Source: Octopus sinensis (taxonomy: Eukaryota). Taken from it: a DNA stretch of 64,000 nt. A program made the translations under genes and the position numbers. Where the stretch lies: assembly GCF_006345805.1 (NCBI RefSeq), contig NC_042998.1, positions 189,968,001 to 190,032,000 of the forward strand, in the 5' to 3' direction. The notes beneath the pieces were generated by a model, which worked only from the letters and a program-made list of their open reading frames with translations, made no database searches and was not told where the DNA came from. Shown piece after piece: positions 25,257 through 38,075 of the stretch (its first letter is position 1; each line of letters begins with the position of its first letter).

Positions 25257-25959
25257 TGTTGAAGACGGGGAGGATGACTCCCCTTCACAAATACTGACAG
25301 GACACAGATAGTGTGTCTATAGCCAACTGGAGGAGATATCTTCCTGGGGCTACAAACTACAGTAGCATCCACCCTTATGGGTTAGCCATATTCAAATGGC
25401 AAATATGCAACACTATATATATATATAAGCAAATAAGAAAATGGAGAGGATAATCAATTGACAAACATCAGCCTGTAAACATTCATTTGGATCTATTTAT
25501 TAATTAATCATATGTATTAGTAATGGAAAAAAATAAAATAAACAAATATACAAGGAAATAAATATATAAATAAAAATAGATAAATGAATAAGAATAAATG
25601 AGTGAAAAAATACTAAACTCTTACAGCTAGGGTTGTCCAATTTGCCAAGTTTTCCACATCATACCAGTAATATACAGGGATTGTACAAAGGTTGAGCAAA
25701 CATTGGACAGGGATTAGACAATGATTGAGGCCCAAAGCTTCATCAGAGAGAACATAATGTTAGGAATCTAACATGTGAGGGAGAATGGTAAAATAAGAAA
25801 ATAAAATAATAACATAATAGAAATAGTAAAGAATAGTAAAAACGTCAATTCCAAGGTGATATCTATAAACGTAAAAGGGCTGATAGAAAAAAAGAAAGAA
25901 TGAAAGAATAAAAGAATAGAGTCGTACAAGATTTAGATAAATATATACTTACATATAAG

Positions 25960-26340
25960 AGACCTTTGTAATTTCGGCTGGTTATACCCGAGATTGTTCT
26001 AATCTGGTCAGCCCCAAGGAAAAACTAAGCTAAGAGCATTAGATTCCTTGGAAGAAAGCAGCGAATGTATACGAAAACAAGGACGAAAAAATGGAGAAAG
26101 TTACACAAATACAAATAACAGGACATAACAACAGGTATCTTTCGACTGAGGACGAATTAAATTAAGCTGGCGTGTGTGGAAGTAAAGCCTTACGCCAGGG
26201 ATACAAGATTTCACAGACACAGGGAAGAATACAGATGTTGCCCGAACAGCGACCGAACCAAGAAAGAAAGGTCAGGCTTGGCCGAACACCGGTCACGTGG
26301 GAAGAGAAGAGGTAGAGGTAGAGGCAGAGGGACAGAAGAA
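25960..26340. repeat. Dispersed repeat fragment sharing gaaaacaaggacg with 8229-8388; family unresolved
   Basis: Shared 13-mer and purine-rich composition only. Confidence 0.35.
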
Positions 26341-27779
26341 ATAAGGAGATATATGTGTGTGTATGTGTAATGGATGTAGGCTTTTGACATAAGTTAAACT
26401 ATTTCGCGATACAATAGCCCGAGTGAACCACATAAATGTAAATGAGAAATGGATATTGAATCTATGTTATATCTCTGGGCCTGTATATTGAGTTTCTGGA
26501 ACATGAGGCACGAAGAAAAGTAGTATGATCCTCATGTTCCTTAACAAACAACCGGGCGAGAAAAATACGAATGAACCTTTATTTCCCTGTATAAGTCCGC
26601 GACTATGGCGACTAAAACGTCGGGTCTACGACTCATATTAAATACCATTGTTTTACACGAACTTCCAAAGTTATGTATCACTGAATTTGAACCACCAAGA
26701 CATTATCGATCAAAAATATGATGTATTGCTATCATACACAAATAAAATGCTGAACAAGGAAAGCACATTTACGTGCTAATTAGACATGCACGCGCTTCCA
26801 AGCGCGCACACACGCACACACACGTACGCGCACTCACGCATATATAAATGTGCCTATGTATAAACACACGTATGCATGAGTATGTATGTGCACGCACGCA
26901 TATTTATATGTGCATTATTTTTAAAGAGAGAGGGAGAGAGAATGACACACATTCACACCTTCTTACGTAGATATGTGCATTTATGAGTGCGTGCTAGTAT
27001 GCAAATATGCACTTTGATCGTTGACATAAAAGGATACAGTATAGCGTAAGCACATAGATCTACAGAAGACCACTCCCATGTAAAGAGTGGTGTATGTCAT
27101 TTTAGCGTTTTGGTGCAAAAGGAAAATTAATTCTCGTCTATACACTGTTAACAATAAACACTACAATATTTCTTAAAAACATCTCAGTCACTTAACATCA
27201 TTTTCTCCGTACACAGTACACTGCACCTTGTGACCGCCCATTGTCTTTGTTAGCCCAAGTTCAGCTCCGCAACCGATATGCCGCGCACACTGGTGCTAGG
27301 TATGCTGCAGTGTAACCTGAATATAATTTTTTTCCTTATACGTTTAGTTATATTTTAGTTCAGGTGTGCCGCCGAATTTTGAAAAGTCTACAAGTATACC
27401 GCAAATGAAAAAAAGGGCTGCGAATCAATGGCTGAGATAATTTTAGTTCCTGCTTTGTCTTTCCTCCTAATCTCTGTTTAACTATTATCTAGTTATGGCG
27501 TTGGGGCCATTAGGGAAAACCACTTTACTGTGCTGAGATTACGGACGAACCTCAGTGAAATCATTCCGTCCGTTAGAATCAAGGACTAAATATCCCTCTA
27601 ATCACAACACTCCGTTTTAAAGTGGATAATGTAGTTCTTGATACCGAATTTCTAAAATCAAACGTAATTTTCTCACGCTACCCAGAGGAAAAGTAATTAA
27701 GATAAACTTAACAATACGTTTGAAAGAAAACTTTTTATAAACCACTGTTTATGCTTTGGGATCAATATTCTTTCAGCAT

Positions 27780-28095
27780 TTCGTCTTTTTTTTCGCCCTT
27801 TTCAAGCCTAGCCAGGCTCATGGGCCCGTTTTCCCAGTTTCTGTGGCGTATGTGTTCTCCCCAGCTGGACGGGACGCCAGTCCATCGCAGCGTTACTCAA
27901 GAAACAGGAAGAGAGAGTGAGAGAAAGTTGTGGCGAAAGAGTACAACAGGAGTCACCACTACTCCCTTCTGGAGCCTCGTGGAGCTTTTAGGTGTTTTCG
28001 CTCAATAAACACACATAACGCCCGGTCTGGGAATCGAAACCGCGATCCTCTGACCGCGAGTCCGCTGCCCTAACCACCCTAACCATTGCGCCTCC
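27780..28095 (-). mobile_element. tRNA-derived SINE family C
   Basis: Reverse complement of the 9038 head, with a different 3' half. Confidence 0.82.
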
Positions 28096-30197
28096 ACATT
28101 TCGTCCTTTAGAAGCATATATAACCTTCAGTCTATTTTATTTATTTCCCTAATTCTTACATGAAAAGAAATATTTTTATAATTTTTATTATTGTCTCTAA
28201 TTACGCATTTCATTTCAGTCATATTTTTTCTTTTTCTTTTTAGCTTTGAGTTATAAAGTAATAGAAAGAGTTTTAAAGCCAAATAAATGCAGATAAAATT
28301 ATGATATTCCAGGTCAGAAGTGAGTTCTCATAAAAGCCTAATCGGAAAGAAAACCTATAACTTATATAATTTATTTGGATATTTACTTTCTTTGCTCAAT
28401 TTGTCCATTGTGTAAATATTTTAATAGGAATTGTTTTTCATCTTTTGATATCATTTTAAAACTATATTTAGAATTGTGCTCCTCTGCATCAATTATTTAC
28501 CAGCTAAGTATGTAAAATCACTGAGAAATCTTGAATATAACTAATGTGCCATTATCTAATATCTGTAATAAAACTTGTTTCTTAATGCCTTTTGACCTCA
28601 CTGCGAAAGACAGAGCGTGTTTCACACTAAGCGAAATAACTCATCGCTATGGTCTCCATTAGAAGCTATATTCTCTGAAAGAATTCAATTTTTATTACAG
28701 TTCTTATACTGCTTTAGGAAATTATATAAGTGCCCCATTACTATTTTATGTGAAATTAAATAATTTAATCAATAGTCTATATTTTTCATAAAATTCAAGA
28801 AATTAAATGTCAAATATTGTCTGAAATTAAAATCTTTTTCGCCTCTTTCTCTATATTTTTTTTCTTGCCAAACTTTTCGAAACACAGCAAAATTAATTTA
28901 CTTAATATGTTCTGAGCTCAATTCCCGCAGAAGCCAACATTACTGTTTCTTTTTTCTGGGATTGAGAAAATAGTATAACACTACTTATTTTTGTATCCTA
29001 ATATTCCCAACAGAATCAAGTTGAGAAAATACAAGAACAGCAAAGAATAGCGGAAATTTATTCTATGTCTACAACCGCATACTTCGATGTTCAGTAATAA
29101 CAGTGATTTCTTACCTAGGCACATGAGTATATGGTTTGAAGAGGGTGTAGGTGATTAGACCGATCTCAAAACTTGACTGGTACTTTACTTTATCAACCCC
29201 GAAAGGATAAAAGCAAAACTAATCTCTGCAGGTTTTAAACTCAAATCGTAAAACGATGTAAGTAGATAACGCCAGGTATTGCGTCCAATATTCTAACAAC
29301 AATGTTTAAGAATAATATTGAGCAAATTAAAACGGTTTCTAATAACGGAACAAATATATAAATGATATATTTATACTCTTAGTAGCTAATCTTAACATTA
29401 TGATGTCTAGAAGCAATATGTTCCCAATGAAAATAGCATTGTAAAGATAACTCAGATACGCTATCCATGTTAAAAGCAATTTCTAGATTAGTGTTATCGC
29501 ATTTAATTTAGAAAAAATTAAAAGCTAAGATTAAATAGCATTCAGGAAAAAACAATATTACTCAATGACTTGTATTACTTTCATTATTTCAGCGAGCACG
29601 AATACCTATTGCTAGGCCCCAAACAACCATAATGGCGAAACGTGCGTAGGAACTATAATATAAACTTGTGTTTATTTACTTCTGCTACATTTGCACTGAA
29701 GCTCATATCTAGTAATACTACCAAAAATAGAAGTTGCTTAACTATACAGGAAGCAGACTGGTTTATGATAATATAAGTGGAGCTCTAAACAAAACAGTAA
29801 CAGTCGCACGTTATACGTATATGTATATATATATATACGTGTACACATATGTGTGTACGTATATACGTATTTGTGTGTGTAAACATAAACGTTTACATCG
29901 TTCAGTATTATCCGCTATTTAATACATATTGGTCATTGGATATGATGATATATAAGACTAAATGATTTCAAGCAATTTGAAAAAGTCAAGAGAAATATTT
30001 CGTCGAACTCAAGTTTTGCTTAATAATGCTTAAAACATTAGATATATGTGCGTTTTCAATTATTCATTCTCGATGTTACTGTTAAAGGTTCAACACATGA
30101 TCTCAGATCAAGTCATTTGTCAAGTACATCTGCGAATAGCTGTAGTAGCGCGTGAAGTTTAATCAATTTTATTATTGCTTGCTTTAAAAGTGACAGA

Positions 30198-30270
30198 GGG
30201 CTTGTGACGCAATGGATAACGCGCCTGACTACGGATTAGGAAATTCCCGGTTCCAATCCTGGCAAACTCG
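30198..30270 (+). tRNA. tRNA-Arg(ACG)-like gene, probably pseudogene
   Basis: 73 nt closely resembling metazoan tRNA-Arg ACG; anticodon ACG at 30231-30233; T8 run at 30272-30279. Mismatches at C4.A69, A10.C25 and C51.T63, and T-loop TTCCAAT (C57). Confidence 0.8.
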
Positions 30271-30319
30271 ATTTTTTTTCTCTCCCTTTCTTTCTTTTCG
30301 CGTGTGGTTTAGAAGTTAT

Positions 30320-30664
30320 AGACGCATACACTCAAGTATGGTTAAGAAGCTTGCATTGCAACCACGTAGTTTTGGGTTCAGTCCTACTGCACGTCACTTT
30401 TAGCAAGTGTCTTTTACAATATGACCAATGCTATGTAAATGAACTTGGTTGACAGAAACCGTGTGGAAGTCCGTCGTATGTGTGTATTTGTGCTAGTCCA
30501 CCACCACCATTTAACAACCGGTGTTTGTTTGTGTACGTCCCCGCAAAAGGGAATGTGTACCTCGGCAAAAGGGACTGATAGAATATGTATCAAACTAGAG
30601 CCTTGAAGGCGGTGCTTTAGCCTGGCCGTAGTCTAATGACAGACACAAGTTAAAAGACAAAAGC
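30320..30664 (+). mobile_element. SINE family A, diverged, just downstream of the tRNA
   Basis: gggttcagtcctactgc...gcaagtgtctt...acgtccccg...cggcaaaag...gatagaat motifs. Confidence 0.75.
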
Positions 30665-31099
30665 TAAAAGGTGGTGAATTGGCAGGGTCAATTAAGCTTC
30701 GGAAAATGCTTGCAGTATTTGTTCCAGCTCATTACGCTACGAGTTCTACTTCTGCTGGTGTCAACTTTGCCTCCTATCCCTCCGGAGTCGATAAAATAAA
30801 GAACCTACATCAGAAACCATATTTCTTTTCAGAGACATATATAGCAAAACACTTATTTGCACTCAAGTGAGTGACAGAGAACCCTCGCTTGGATAGGGCG
30901 TAAAATGGATCGACTATCAACTGCAGAGTGACACAACACTACAGTCTGGTTGCCTCTCTGACAATGTTATTGTACCGCTACACAGTATTTCATTGATCCT
31001 GAGAGTATGCGACAGAATAGAAAATTGTGTTAAACATTGATATAATGAACAAGAAGGTGGACTGAAAGTATTTAAACCACAAAAGAAATAGAATATCCC

Positions 31100-31508
31100 A
31101 GATCTTTTTCGTTTGAACGGCAGTTTTTTCTAGCGGTGTCATATGAAATTGTCACCCATAATTATGACCCTAGTATCGATCTATTGCATTTCAATCTGTT
31201 TTAGGGTTAGGGTTAGGGATGGGTATTTTTTTTCTTCACAAATGTAAATAAACCCAATCTGTTTCTTAAACGAGGGACATATTCATACGGCACAGAATGT
31301 TTTCACCTCAATAGACATCATTGATTGGGTGAAATTGCAGAAATTGAAGAAAGAAAAAAACGATTATCTTACAAACTATAGAATCCTCTCAATAAAGCCA
31401 AAATAAAAAGATGTTTTATAAACACATTCTACCAGTTTACGAAGTTTAAAATTCTTTTAGTTACGTGGAAATTATTTTTAAAAACTGCCAGTCAAACCGA
31501 AAAGATCC
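31100..31508 (+). mobile_element. MITE family X copy 1 (TIR about 28 bp, 8-bp TSD, internal TTAGGG)
   Basis: agatctttttcgtttgaacggcagtttt ... aaaactgccagtcaaaccgaaaagatcc; flanks aatatccc/aatattcc (7/8). Confidence 0.88.
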
Positions 31509-32427
31509 AATATTCCCTGTAAAACATTTTAAAATTAAATTTTTTATACTGTTACGATTTTTAAATTTTCTTAGAGATTTGAAATAATACTATAAGGCAA
31601 CGAGTGGTAAAAACAGTAGAGCGACAGAGTGTTTAGTTATATCCCTTTTTGTCCTGAGTTCGAATCCCCAGTGGTCGACTTTTACCCTTTTGTTCTCGGA
31701 GCTCAATAAAATATGCACCAGCAGACCCCTGGAGTCGGCTCAATATGTTACTTTGGCTTCCAGCGATCATTCATTTGGTTTCATATCCTAAAACAGATCT
31801 TATATTTTTACCTAAGCCCGTGTTAGAACACATATTTTCCTTCGTATATGATCATTTTCAACGTTTTACATGAAGTTATTGATGTAAAACATTTATATAC
31901 AAATACAGATTTAGCTTGTGCAAACATCTTTAAATATTTCAATTAATCTGTAGCCTGGTTTAATACCTCACCTCGTGGTGTTTCGTATTTTTTTTTGTTT
32001 GCAGAATTCAACCAGGTGTAAGCATCTCTCATCTCAGGATAATTACTTCCCTTTCTTCCAACATTCCTAGATATACAAATGACGAGATGGGCATGGCTGA
32101 AACGCCTTTCATAATAAGCGTATTGGATCGGGACTGACTTAGGGACTAAAGAAACAATCAGTGCAATACTGATTTCTATCGTAGATACAAGACAATGCAT
32201 TTAATGGGAGAGAAATCAATTAAATCGACATCAGTATGTGACGGGTATTTTACTTTATCGATTATCGACCCCTGAACAATGAAAGGCGAAGTTGATATTT
32301 GAACTTGTAGCATAAAGGGTTATAACTAAACACCGTTGTACGTTTGGTTCGACAGTGTGAATTCTACTAATTAAATGTCGAAGATGTAAGATATTACAAT
32401 TTTTATAACTAGTACTAAGAAACATAT

Positions 32428-32845
32428 AGATCTTTTCGGTTTGAACGGCAGTTTTTCTAGCGGTGTCATATGAAATTGTCGCCCATAATTATGATCCTAG
32501 TATCGATCTATTGCATTTCAATCTGTCTTAGGGTTAGGGTTAGTTAGGGTTAGGGTGTGGGGAAGGGTATCTTTTTTTCTTCACAAATGTAAATAAACCC
32601 AATCTGTTTCTTAAACGAGGAACATATTCATACGGCACAGAATGTTTTCACCTCAATAGACGTCATTGATTGGTTGAAATTGAAGAAAAAAAAAACAACG
32701 AATATCTTATAAACTATAGGATTTTCTCAATAAAGCTATGAGAAAAAGATGTTTTATAAACACATTCTACCAGTATACGAAGTTTAAAAGTGTTTAGTTA
32801 CGTGGAAATTATTTTTAAAAGCTGCCGTTCAAACCGAAAATATAC
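32428..32845 (+). mobile_element. MITE family X copy 2
   Basis: Same TIRs and internal sequence as 31100-31508; right terminus and TSD are degenerate. Confidence 0.88.
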
Positions 32846-34148
32846 AAATGCATTTACAGTTGCTTAGGTAAACCCAAAGTACATTTCTGTAACTTTTAAG
32901 AAATATTGTAAATGACCTATTATGCAAAACGGAATGGCGTGTGAAAATTCACATAAAAATCTGCTCACTTGAACTTAAGATAATATAAAAGTAACAATCT
33001 TCTTGAATTTAAGTCCAAGACAATAACCATAAGAGAAGTATTTGCATTTGCTATACCTTAAATGTCGGTTATAAGAAAACAAAACACATAACGGTAAAAA
33101 TTAGCAAAATAAACAGAAGAGAACAATAGCAAATAAGAAACAAGATAGCATATAGAAGGGGAAAAAAAAACCTAAAAATGTCACCAAAGGGTGTGATTAA
33201 TCAAGAGATGAAGTGAGATTTCTTATCGATTACAATTCGTTGATGAGAACTTTTGTGAACACCTGCCATTTGACTGGCGGACTCTTATTCTTCATTTTCC
33301 TTTACACTGGCAACATTCTTTCCTATCGCCGACTTTTCCAACTCACTTCAACTGATAACAGTCTTAATCAAAGCTTACAATGCCGTCAAGCTATATAAAA
33401 CGAAACAATTTTAATATATCCTACATCTCTATGCCATTCATCTGTGGCATTATCACTTAGACGACTCCGTACCAGAACTGTACCCACCACTCATACCTCC
33501 ACTCGCTGTTTATCATTTCATGATTATTTAGTTACAATATGCCTCGCAAAAAAAGTAAATAAAATAAAATAAAATAAAACATGTCTTTTTTTTTATTTCT
33601 TTTTCCTTTCCTCTTCTTCATCGTATTTTCCATCTCACTGTAATTTGAAAATTTGTTTTTTCTTTTCTTCTCTTTTTTTTTTTTTGAATAGTAAAAATCT
33701 TTAGATTACCAAAATGTATTTAAATGAACATTGTAACTAAAGTGTTTTCTAACAACAATAGCAACAACAACAACAATAACAACAGCAGAATCTCATTCAT
33801 AAAGGATCTCTTTATTTAATGAAAGGTTGAACTAATTTTATTATCCTTCACCCTTCTTTCCGTTTATTTCGGTTTTTGTGACAGTTGCATCCGCCGCCAG
33901 TAAACTGGTCTTCGATTAGATTAGGTGAACTGCGTCAGTATCCATTATTTATATCGACTCACTTATTCATTTACTAATATAATGTTGGACAGTAGGGTAT
34001 TGGAAAGACAGAAGCGACCGAGCGCCAGTCATCATCATGCTTTGTTCTACTTAGTCGTATTCTCTTTTACATTCTGAGTTCAAATCCTACCAAAGTTAAC
34101 TTCCTCTTTCACCCCTTGCAATCAATGAATATAGGGAGTAATCTTCGA

Positions 34149-34581
34149 GGATCTTTTCGGTTTGAACGGCAGTTTTTAACATAATTTCTAGGTAACTAAA
34201 AAACTTTAAACTTCGTATACTGGTAGAATGTGTTTATAAAACATCTTTTTCTCTTGGCTTTATTGAGAAAATTCTATAGTTTGTCAGATATTTGTTGTTT
34301 TTTTTTCTTCAATTTCTGCAATTTCAACCAATCAGTGACGTCTATTGAGTTAAAAAGTATTTTGTGCCGTATGAATATGTCCCTCGTTTAAGAAACAGAT
34401 TGGGTTTATTTACATTTGTGAAGAAAAAAAGATACCCTTGCCCCACCCCTAACCCTAAGCCTAACTAACCCTAACCCTAAAAGAGATTGAAATGCAATAG
34501 ATCGATTCTAGGGTCATAATTATGGGTGACAATTTCATATGACACCGCTAGAAAAAACTGCCGTTCAAACCGAAAGGATCC
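34149..34581 (-). mobile_element. MITE family X copy 3 (inverted), perfect 8-bp TSD
   Basis: GGATCTTTTCGGTTTGAACGGCAG...CTGCCGTTCAAACCGAAAGGATCC; atcttcga at both 34141-34148 and 34582-34589. Confidence 0.92.
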
Positions 34582-34861
34582 ATCTTCGAAGCTCCACTAT
34601 ACAGTCTTGGTCAAAATAGGTGATCTGGTGCTATACATGGAAATTGATATTCTGCTGGAAATACCAGTTAAATTAGCAATACTCTGATCTTGTTTCTGAA
34701 TTTTAAAAAATACAGAAAAGTTAACGGTAATGGTTTTAACAGACAAGAAATAATTGATAACATGTCTCCTAAAATGAACATCTGCAAATACTTCAATAAA
34801 TAAATGTTATTTGTATTACAGATTGTCCCAAAAGAATATCCTCAGAATATTTTCTGTACAT

Positions 34862-35210
34862 AGGCGCGAATGTGGCTGTGTGGTAAGAAGTTTGTTACCC
34901 AGCCACATAGTTCCGGGTTCAGTCTCACTGTATGCACTTTGGTCTTCTGCTATAGCCTCAGGTCGATCAAAGCCTTGTGAGTGCATTTCATAGACGGGTG
35001 TGCGTGTGTCTGTGTTTGTCCCCCACTGCAGCTTCACAACCGGTGTTGTTTTTTTACGTCCTTGTAACCTAGCGGTTCGGCAAAAGAGACCGATAGAATA
35101 AATACTAAGCCCCAAAAAGTCATGGGATCGATTAATTCGACTAAAATTCATCAAGGCGTGGCGTCAACATGGCTGCAGTCAAAGGACTGAAACAAGTAAA
35201 TAATAAAAAA
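34862..35210 (+). mobile_element. SINE family A
   Basis: Aligns by eye end to end with 58613-59019. Confidence 0.85.
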
Positions 35211-35518
35211 TATATAACGTTAGGATATTCTTAGCATTTAAGATGTATTAATATGATATACAGAAGCTACTTACTTATACGAGTTTTGGTTACCCGTATA
35301 ATACTAGCTCTTCCTCCTATCTACTTTCCATTCTCTTTACTAATTTTAAAAAAATGAACGTTTATTGCTTAAAATCTAATACGCGTGGAGTATATGTGCG
35401 TACAAGTATATATAAATATATACGCGCTGGTGTGTGTGTATATATATATATATATATAATAGAAATATTAACATTACTAAGTCTCTCTAAAGGAGATTAC
35501 AGCAGCGTTACTGGATAT

Positions 35519-35627
35519 TAATAGTTATCGCCATATAGCTAGCTAGAGGCGACGGCCTCTTGGAGCTAATCAGCGACAGCTTTAGTCTTATTTATAGACT
35601 GTCATATTAGTATGGCGATAACTATTA
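35519..35627. repeat. Mini inverted-repeat element, 17-bp perfect arms
   Basis: taatagttatcgccata (35519-35535) / tatggcgataactatta (35611-35627). Confidence 0.8.
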
Positions 35628-35635
35628 TATATATA

Positions 35636-35687
<52 letters not shown>

Positions 35688-37835
35688 TCGTATGTATGAG
35701 ACTGATTACTCGTATCATCACAGCTCTCTATATTCTGAGTTCAAATCCAGTTGAAGTCAATTTAACTTTTCGATATCAATGAATAAAATACCTTTCTAAG
35801 GTGGTTGACTTTTACTTGAAGAAGACTTGACCACTTCTCTTAACCTTAAAATTATTCTGTTCACTAGTCCAGAAAAATCTCAACACACTCTTTCACTCAA
35901 GGCCATCTCTAAGCATTTCCCTTTAAAACACAAAACACTTGCTTTTCTCAATCTTATTTTCCAAAATTCTTGACATTTGGATTTTATTTAATTTTCCTTA
36001 TTTTTTATTTAATCATTTAAAAAAAATTCCTAATGGTTTTTAAGACTTAAATTCATTGCTTCCATATATTGTTAAGCTATATGTTTCTTTTATTCATCCA
36101 ATTTTTTCTAAATCTTTTGTATCACATTTATCTTTATATATTAATTGTTGTATAATAGTCGTTCTTATTTAGCTCTGATTTTTTTTTTCGTTCATATTTT
36201 TTGTTATTTACCTAATTTTACTTCTCTCACCTGTGCGTTCCCCCATTAGGCATCCTCTAACGTTATTTCATTTGAAATTCTACTTCATGGAAGTTTGCCT
36301 AGCACATGATTTAACCCCCTCCTTCACTACTTTTTAATCCTCTCCCTCTCCTCATCTCTCTTCTCAGCCTCATCCCGTTCCTTCCCTCCCTGCACTTCTT
36401 CCATCTTGTTACTCCATATCTTTATTTAACTTCCAACTTATTACATATTTACAACTTAACATTCTCTTATGATACGAGAAGCATTTGTAGGCAGGTGAGT
36501 ATGTGAATATTTATGTGTATGTATGTATGTATACATGCATATATGCGTGTATGCAAATTTGCACACGAGTCCATATGTATATGTGTTTGTATGGAAGTGT
36601 TTGCCTCAGTATATATCCGAGTGTAAATGTGTCTGTATGTCTATGTATGTATATAAGTAAGTCTGTGGATGTGCTTGTATATGTGTGCATCTATATTTAT
36701 GTTTACGTATGCATGCTTACATATTTATATGTATGTGTCCCAGTATTTGCCTATATCCGTGTTTGTGTCGGTATATACGTACATATGTTTGCGTCTGCAT
36801 AGTTGCGTTTGTAATCTAATGACACCGGTTCGAGTTTCAGTAAATATATTTTCTGTATTTCTTCTTTCGTTTCTTCACTTTTTTTCACAGCAAAAATTAT
36901 CTTAATTATACCTTCTGACATAAATCATCGTTAATTTTGATTAGATGATTGTTCATTACATTCAATATCACAATCTACGAGTACATTAATTATAATTTTT
37001 AATGTTTCATTTAACTTAATATTCACACGGATAATGCATATTGTAATTTCTGTGATTTAAACTTCTCCATACGCCTCTAAGTTAAACCACAACCTACACT
37101 ATCTTCATACCTCTCTGACCATCAATAGACTACTGAAGAGAATCAAAATATTTTTTGATGAATCTTAAACAGAAGGAGATATATTTCTTCTACCAATGTT
37201 AATTTTTTTTAACCTCACTGTGTTGTTCAGCACATCGGTCCGTATATGTCCACCGTTTTCTGTTTTTATTTTTAATTACAGTTTTTATGGTTTCTTTACA
37301 TATCAGACGAGAAAAGTTGACGCTCAGTTCTTTATTTCTTGGAAGAAAACAAGTTGTGAGTGCTCTCCCATATATCAGATCATACACGCATGTACACACA
37401 TGTATATATACACAGACACGGTTATGTTTTTATTGCGTTGCCCATATTTTATTGGTCTGGAAGGGATAAAAAGGCAAAATTGAACTTAGTGAAATCTGAG
37501 CTCAGAAGGAAAAGAGGCTGAACACTTACGGCAAGGCATTTGCTTGGCCGAATTTTAAGGAAGTTAGATATATTCTAAGGAAGGTGAAATAAAAGTACCG
37601 CTGCGACAAGTTTTACGAGTGTGAAATGAAATGGCTACTAGTAGGAATTCGAACCACATGAAAATTAATTTATATGAAGTTTCTACCTTCTTACACGTTC
37701 ACCGAAAATCAAGTTAAACTTTATGTGCGAAAGAAGGTGCCGGTGCTGATCAGAATTAGAAACAAGCATGGTTTTAATTCGATTCAGATATCGATCTTTA
37801 AGTTTACCATAATGGTATACTAATTGAGGAAGAGG

Positions 37836-38075
37836 TAAGGCGGTAAGCTGACAGAATCGTTAGCACGCCGGCCGAAATGCTTAGCGGTATTTCGTCTGCC
37901 GTTACGTTCTGAGTTCAAATTACGCCGAGGTCGACTTTGCCTTTCATCCTTTCGGGGTCGATTAAATAAGTACCAGTTACGCACTGGGGTCGATATAATC
38001 GACTTAATCCGTTTGTCTGTCCTTGTTTGCCCTCTCTATGTTTTAGCCCCTTGTGGGTAGTAAAGAAATAGGTAT
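37836..38075 (+). mobile_element. SINE family B (Meta-domain-like core), full length with long TSD
   Basis: Core gcctttcatcctttcggggtcgat..aagtaccag; 22-bp direct repeat ggtatactaattgaggaagagg at 37814-37835 and 38071-38092. Confidence 0.92.

Larger units (their letters stand above)
24093..25413. mobile_element. Hammerhead-ribozyme tandem repeat (non-LTR retrozyme-like array), 353-bp unit; about 1.3 units on - strand (24093-24545) joined to about 2.5 units on + strand (24544-25413)
   Basis: Period 353 read directly (aacaatga at 24093 and 24446; catgattg at 24843 and 25196). Only a handful of SNPs between copies. Three intact hammerhead cores; both ends abut (TA)n. The class assignment follows established descriptions of metazoan non-LTR retrozymes (short tandem repeats with type I HHR). 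Confidence 0.88.

Noticed and set aside
24183-25372. Three copies of an 85-aa ORF (MDATVVCSPRK...)
   Set aside because: Each is antisense to the hammerhead strand, starts at GTG and has no recognisable domain. The repetition is explained by the array. Ribosome profiling or dN/dS across copies could reopen it.
24093-25413. Array read as a CRISPR or simple satellite
   Set aside because: No unique spacers, a eukaryotic context, and a full ribozyme core with extensive RNA structure.
31201-34480. TTAGGG tracts as a former chromosome end
   Set aside because: The tracts are short and lie at the same position inside each MITE copy.
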